Source: Terriglobia bacterium
GTDB lineage: Bacteria > Acidobacteriota > UBA6911
Assembly: GCA_020072565.1 (NCBI GenBank)
Contig: JAIQGI010000023.1
Coordinates: 33,929 to 97,928 of the forward strand
Length of the DNA: 64,000 nucleotides
Direction of reading: 5' to 3'
Of the stretch, positions 60,305 to 64,000 are shown one piece after another (within the stretch, counting starts at the first letter, position 1; every line of letters begins with the position of its first letter). The notes below the pieces were generated by a model. That model worked only from the letters and a program-made list of their open reading frames with translations. It did no database searches and was not told the origin of the DNA. The position numbers were made by a program, and so were the translations under genes.

Positions 60305-61753
60305 TCAGGAGTCGGGAGTCAGAATCTCTTGGGCGATGCGGTGGGCCATCTTCACGCAGTCGTTGAGCCCGACGCCGTAGAAGGCGTTGCCGACGAGATG
60401 GAGACCCGGGCGTTGCCGGGTCAGTTCCTCAAGACGTGCGCGGCGCCCGATGTGCCCGAGGGTGAATTGCGGGATAGCGCGCTCCCAGCGATAGACGCGC
60501 ATAAAAGCCGGGTCACTCCCGATTCCCACCAGGGCTCCCAACTCACTGCGCAGAGTGCGCCAGAGTTCTTCGTCCGAAAGCTTGAGCGCATCGGGATCCC
60601 CGGCACCGCCCAACATGGATCGGAACTGGACATATCCTGCCGGGGCACGGTTGGCAAAAATCGACGAGGTCCAGATGGAGCCGAGCGTGCGCAGTCCCTC
60701 AGAGCGGGGTATCAGGAAGCCGAAGCCGTCAAGCGCGTGCGCGATGTCTTCGCGCCGGTGTCCCGTGGCCACCACAACGATGGGCGCGTAACGAATGGTC
60801 CGGAGTGCGGCCGACAGCTCCGGATCGGTATCTTCGAACATCTGCGTCGCGGCGAAAGTCGGGCAGGCACAGATCAGATTCCTGGTGCGAACCCGGCGTC
60901 CTGCCTGATCCGTAACTTCCCACATACCATCGCTCCAGGCGATGCGCACGGCCGGCCGGTTGATGCTGATTATCGCCTGCAGGCGCTCGTGCAGTCGTGT
61001 GACCAGAATATCCAAGCCGCCGCGGAACGAAGTGAGGCGTCCACCCGGTCCCGCGGGCCCGCTCGATTTTCTTACTGCCCCATCTCGGCCTCCCGGGCGC
61101 CGCTTGAACTGGCGCGCCAGGAGTGCCCGCACCAGCCCGCCATAGCGCTGTTCCATTTCCCGCATGATCGGGAAGCAGGCCGGAAGAGACAGCTCGCGCG
61201 CCAGCCCGCCGAAGATTCCGGCGACCATAGGATCAATGAAGGATTCGGCAGCACCGCGGCCGATGCGGCGGGCCGCGAAGTCGAAGACCGACTCGTCGCT
61301 GTCGTCGCGGCGCGCTGCGATGAAGGGCTCCATGAAGATGCGCACCTTGTCACGCGGGCTCAGCAGACCGGTGCCTAGAATTGCTCCCGGAGAAAGCGGC
61401 ACCGGATGCAGGCGCCCATGCTTGACGATAAAGCGTTTCTGGCTGCTGTCGTCGGCCGGTTCCAGTGCTTCCGAGAGACCCACCTCTTCGATCAGCTGCA
61501 GGGTCAGCGGCTCGCGATCGAGAAAGCCGTTCGGCCCCCAGTCGATCGAATAGCCGGCGACACGGTCCGTGCCGATCGTGCCGCCCAGTCTTTCGGTGGC
61601 CTCCCAGAGCTCCCATCCGCCGGGACGATCGGCCAAACCCAGCCAATGCGCGAGCGAGAGTCCGGAAATCCCGCCACCGACAATCAATCCCTCCAACCGC
61701 GGCGTCGCCGCCGAGGTCGCCGGTTGAGTGGCAGTTGTCGGGTTCGGGATCAT
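60305..61753 (-). CDS. hemY: FAD-dependent oxidoreductase, protoporphyrinogen oxidase (HemY)-like
   Basis: Dinucleotide-binding IVGGGISGLSLAHWL..; about 480 aa amine-oxidase fold. Start likely at the internal ATG (MIPNPTT..) of ORF 60305..61807. The C-terminal codons overlap a GAGTCAG repeat. Confidence 0.6.
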   Translation of the reverse strand: MIPNPTTATQPATSAATPRLEGLIVGGGISGLSLAHWLGLADRPGGWELWEATERLGGTIGTDRVAGYSIDWGPNGFLDREPLTLQLIEEVGLSEALEPADDSSQKRFIVKHGRLHPVPLSPGAILGTGLLSPRDKVRIFMEPFIAARRDDSDESVFDFAARRIGRGAAESFIDPMVAGIFGGLARELSLPACFPIMREMEQRYGGLVRALLARQFKRRPGGRDGAVRKSSGPAGPGGRLTSFRGGLDILVTRLHERLQAIISINRPAVRIAWSDGMWEVTDQAGRRVRTRNLICACPTFAATQMFEDTDPELSAALRTIRYAPIVVVATGHRREDIAHALDGFGFLIPRSEGLRTLGSIWTSSIFANRAPAGYVQFRSMLGGAGDPDALKLSDEELWRTLRSELGALVGIGSDPAFMRVYRWERAIPQFTLGHIGRRARLEELTRQRPGLHLVGNAFYGVGLNDCVKMAHRIAQEILTPDS

Positions 61754-61913
61754 TCGGGACTCCTGTGTTCCAGGAACAGGACCAGTGGAAAAGCCTAATG
61801 TTACCAAATCGGTTCTCGACGTGCCGGAGCTCCGTTGGCGTCTGCATCGGTCTTTGTTGCATTCGACGCTATATGGGTTGAGAAATTCAGTGCAGGCAAC
61901 TGTCTGGCCATTC

Positions 61914-63095
61914 TTACTCGAAACCAGCTTTCAGCAAGGCGGGCAAGGACACAACCTCTGTTAAGGGATCGATACAATATTGCTCTTCCCCGGGATACAC
62001 GACCAGGCGACGGGTCACCTTCACGTCCTCGCAGGCCAAATGGAAGCCCCTGGTTGGATGCGGGCGGCTGAGCGATCGTTTTACTTCTACGGCCCACAAC
62101 TTGTTCGGCCCGAGGTCCAATAGCAGATCGATCTCAGCTCCAGCAGATGTGCGATAGAACCAAATATTCGCCCCCGCGGGCGCTGCCGAGATAAGATTCT
62201 CGATCACGAAACCTTCCCAGCTTGGACCAACAACCGGGTGGCCGAGCAATTGCTCGTGCACCGGCATCCCAAGAAGCGCATGAACGATTCCGCTGTCGCG
62301 CACATAAACCTTTGGCGAGCGCACGAGGCGCTTCGAGAGGTTGGGGGTCCAGGGCTGCAATCGCCTCACAAGCAGGAGATCTACCAGGATGTCGAGATAC
62401 CGTGCAACGGTCTGGCCGCTGACTCCAAGGCCGGCAGCGAGGCGCGCGGCGTTGAGCAATTGGCCTTGACTATGCGCCAGCATCTGCCAGAAGCGATGAA
62501 GGGTCTCCGCCGGCACACGAGGCCCCAGAGCCGGAATGTCGCGTTCAAGATAAGTCTGAATGAACGCAAGCCGCCAATCAAAGCTGCCGGAATCATCCGG
62601 CGCCAGGTAGCTGTCCGGGAACCCACCGCGCACCCAAAGCCGTTCCACTGCATTCGTGCCAAGAGTTTCGATTTCTCTCACCGTAAACGGCGTAAGTTCC
62701 AGATAGGCAATTCTCCCGGCCAGACTCTCCGACGATTGCTTGAGCAGATCCATGGACGCTGAACCGAGAAGCAGGAACTCGCCTGCCCGAATCCCTTCGC
62801 GACGTCGCCGATCAATAACACCCCGCAAGACCTGAAAGATCCCCGGCGCACGATGGATTTCGTCGAGAATTACCAGCTGATTCTCATGGGCGGAAAGGTA
62901 GAGTTCAGCGTCGGAAAGTTTGGCTCGTTCCGAGGGAAGCTCCAGATCCAGGTAGACGGCCTTTTCGGCGAGATCGTCCGCGAGCGCCCTCGCCAGGGTA
63001 GTTTTGCCGGCCTGGCGCGGCCCAAGCAAAGCCACCGCCGGAAACCGGCCAATCATCTCCCGAAGCCGCGCTGTCAGTAGACGTGGTATCATCAT
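61914..63095 (-). CDS. AAA+ ATPase with DUF4143 domain
   Basis: ..VALLGPRQAGKTTLA.. Walker A, ..LVILDEIHR.. Walker B, ..FLLLGSAS..SLAGR.. DUF4143 blocks. Start at the tandem ATGs near 63095. Confidence 0.75.
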   Translation of the reverse strand: MMIPRLLTARLREMIGRFPAVALLGPRQAGKTTLARALADDLAEKAVYLDLELPSERAKLSDAELYLSAHENQLVILDEIHRAPGIFQVLRGVIDRRRREGIRAGEFLLLGSASMDLLKQSSESLAGRIAYLELTPFTVREIETLGTNAVERLWVRGGFPDSYLAPDDSGSFDWRLAFIQTYLERDIPALGPRVPAETLHRFWQMLAHSQGQLLNAARLAAGLGVSGQTVARYLDILVDLLLVRRLQPWTPNLSKRLVRSPKVYVRDSGIVHALLGMPVHEQLLGHPVVGPSWEGFVIENLISAAPAGANIWFYRTSAGAEIDLLLDLGPNKLWAVEVKRSLSRPHPTRGFHLACEDVKVTRRLVVYPGEEQYCIDPLTEVVSLPALLKAGFE

Positions 63096-63493
63096 AATCC
63101 ATGTAATTATACTACAGCATGGAAGAATTGATAGGGAGACACGCAAATTACCAGTTTGCCTGGACGGTAACCTTTGGTTAGCAGGAAGAGCATCTGGTGG
63201 TCAATGTTCACATTGTTTGGGGCAAACAGGATCAACCAGCAATTCTTATCTGTCCGGAGGCTGACGGCCGTTCACTTTCTGATGGCCGATTCCGGCATCG
63301 TGTTTAGATTCAAAGATTTTTGTTGATTTCATCCGCTCTGAAACCGATCATGGAGTGTTTTTGCTTTGCCCAAATTCCCCCAAAAGAATAATTCCGCGGG
63401 CGGCGAATTTCTCCGAGCGGGAAGCCGTAGAGCGTGTTGTATTGAGTGGTGATGGGGCTTCCATTTGTGGAAGCATTCTAGGGGATTCCTGCA

Positions 63494-64000
63494 ATGCGTC
63501 TCGACCAACTTGGCCCCAATATCATCATCAAGGGCCCGATCTTCCCGGAGCCGGTCCAGATAATCGTCGTCAACCCGGTCGGAGAGGCCTTCAAGGTCAT
63601 TGCGAAAGGACTGCAATCCGGTCGAGTTCACGAGCCGATTCTCAGCCCCGCTCAGCTTGACTCCCTTGAAGCCGTAACCACCCAAACCTTCGACGGGGAC
63701 GCCGTACGATTTCGGCTGGCCATTGAAGCCCTCCGCTTGGGCCTGGCCTATGAATACGATCCCTATTTCGCTCTCTCGATTGCGCGAGTTGATCCTCTCC
63801 CTCATCAACTCGAGGCCGTCTATGACTATTTCCTCGAGCTGCCCCGCATCCGGTTCCTGCTGGCGGACGATCCCGGCGCCGGCAAGACCATTATGGCGGG
63901 CCTGCTTCTGAAGGAACTGAAGATCCGCGGCCTGGTTCAGCGCACGCTCATCGTCACGCCGGCCAACCTGACATTCCAATGGCAGCGCGAGCTGCAGGAC
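63494..64000 (+). CDS. SNF2/DEAD-like helicase, N-terminal fragment (continues beyond the window)
   Basis: Manually translated: MRLDQLGPNIIIKG...SIARVDPLPHQLEAVYDYFLELPRIRFLLADDPGAGKTIMAGLLLKELKIRGLVQRTLIVTPANLTFQWQREL.. This is helicase motif I in an SNF2/RapA-like context. Not in the supplied ORF table because it runs off the end. Confidence 0.65.
   Translation, partial: MRLDQLGPNIIIKGPIFPEPVQIIVVNPVGEAFKVIAKGLQSGRVHEPILSPAQLDSLEAVTTQTFDGDAVRFRLAIEALRLGLAYEYDPYFALSIARVDPLPHQLEAVYDYFLELPRIRFLLADDPGAGKTIMAGLLLKELKIRGLVQRTLIVTPANLTFQWQRELQD

Noticed and set aside
1-64000. CRISPR arrays
   Set aside because: No array of regularly spaced 25-40 nt direct repeats was seen. The repeats present are short heptamer arrays and 30-55 nt intergenic elements without spacer periodicity.

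Overview
This is a high-GC, gene-dense chromosomal segment, mostly core housekeeping genes with short intergenic gaps. Several features (TonB-dependent receptors with N-terminal carboxypeptidase-regulatory-like domains, DUF4388, LpxI) are reminiscent of Acidobacteriota-like Gram-negative genomes, but that placement is an inference. In order, the window holds: a TonB-dependent receptor, a secreted protein and an OmpR/histidine-kinase pair; tsaD and mtnA; a cobalamin riboswitch followed by a btuF/btuC/btuD-like ABC importer and a second TonB-dependent receptor; a carboxypeptidase-regulatory-domain lipoprotein; an HpcH-family aldolase; a FAD-linked oxidase; an HD-domain dNTPase-like protein; a DUF4388/TPR protein; pgsA overlapping a PDZ/radical-SAM-like DUF512 gene; ribH-nusB-lysS; lolC/E-lolD; clpC; a bamA-skp-fabZ-lpxA-lpxI-Gfo/Idh/MocA envelope cluster; tonB; a SpoIID/SPOR lipoprotein; miaA; gatB; a Mut7-C RNase next to RNase R; selA; a cold-shock protein with a poly-Q tail; purH; coaX; an rlmD-like RNA methyltransferase; comEC; a pyrD-like gene; and hemY. 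The last ~2 kb (AAA+ DUF4143 ATPase, a lower-GC gap, then a truncated SNF2-family helicase) looks like the edge of an accessory or defence locus. No complete, obviously novel multi-gene system is visible. The most unusual signals are two families of short dispersed repeats, three loci where inverted heptamer arrays flank ~80-100 nt cores, and a purH that appears to carry an internal deletion and frameshift. Most long ORFs antisense to recognisable genes are high-GC artefacts.
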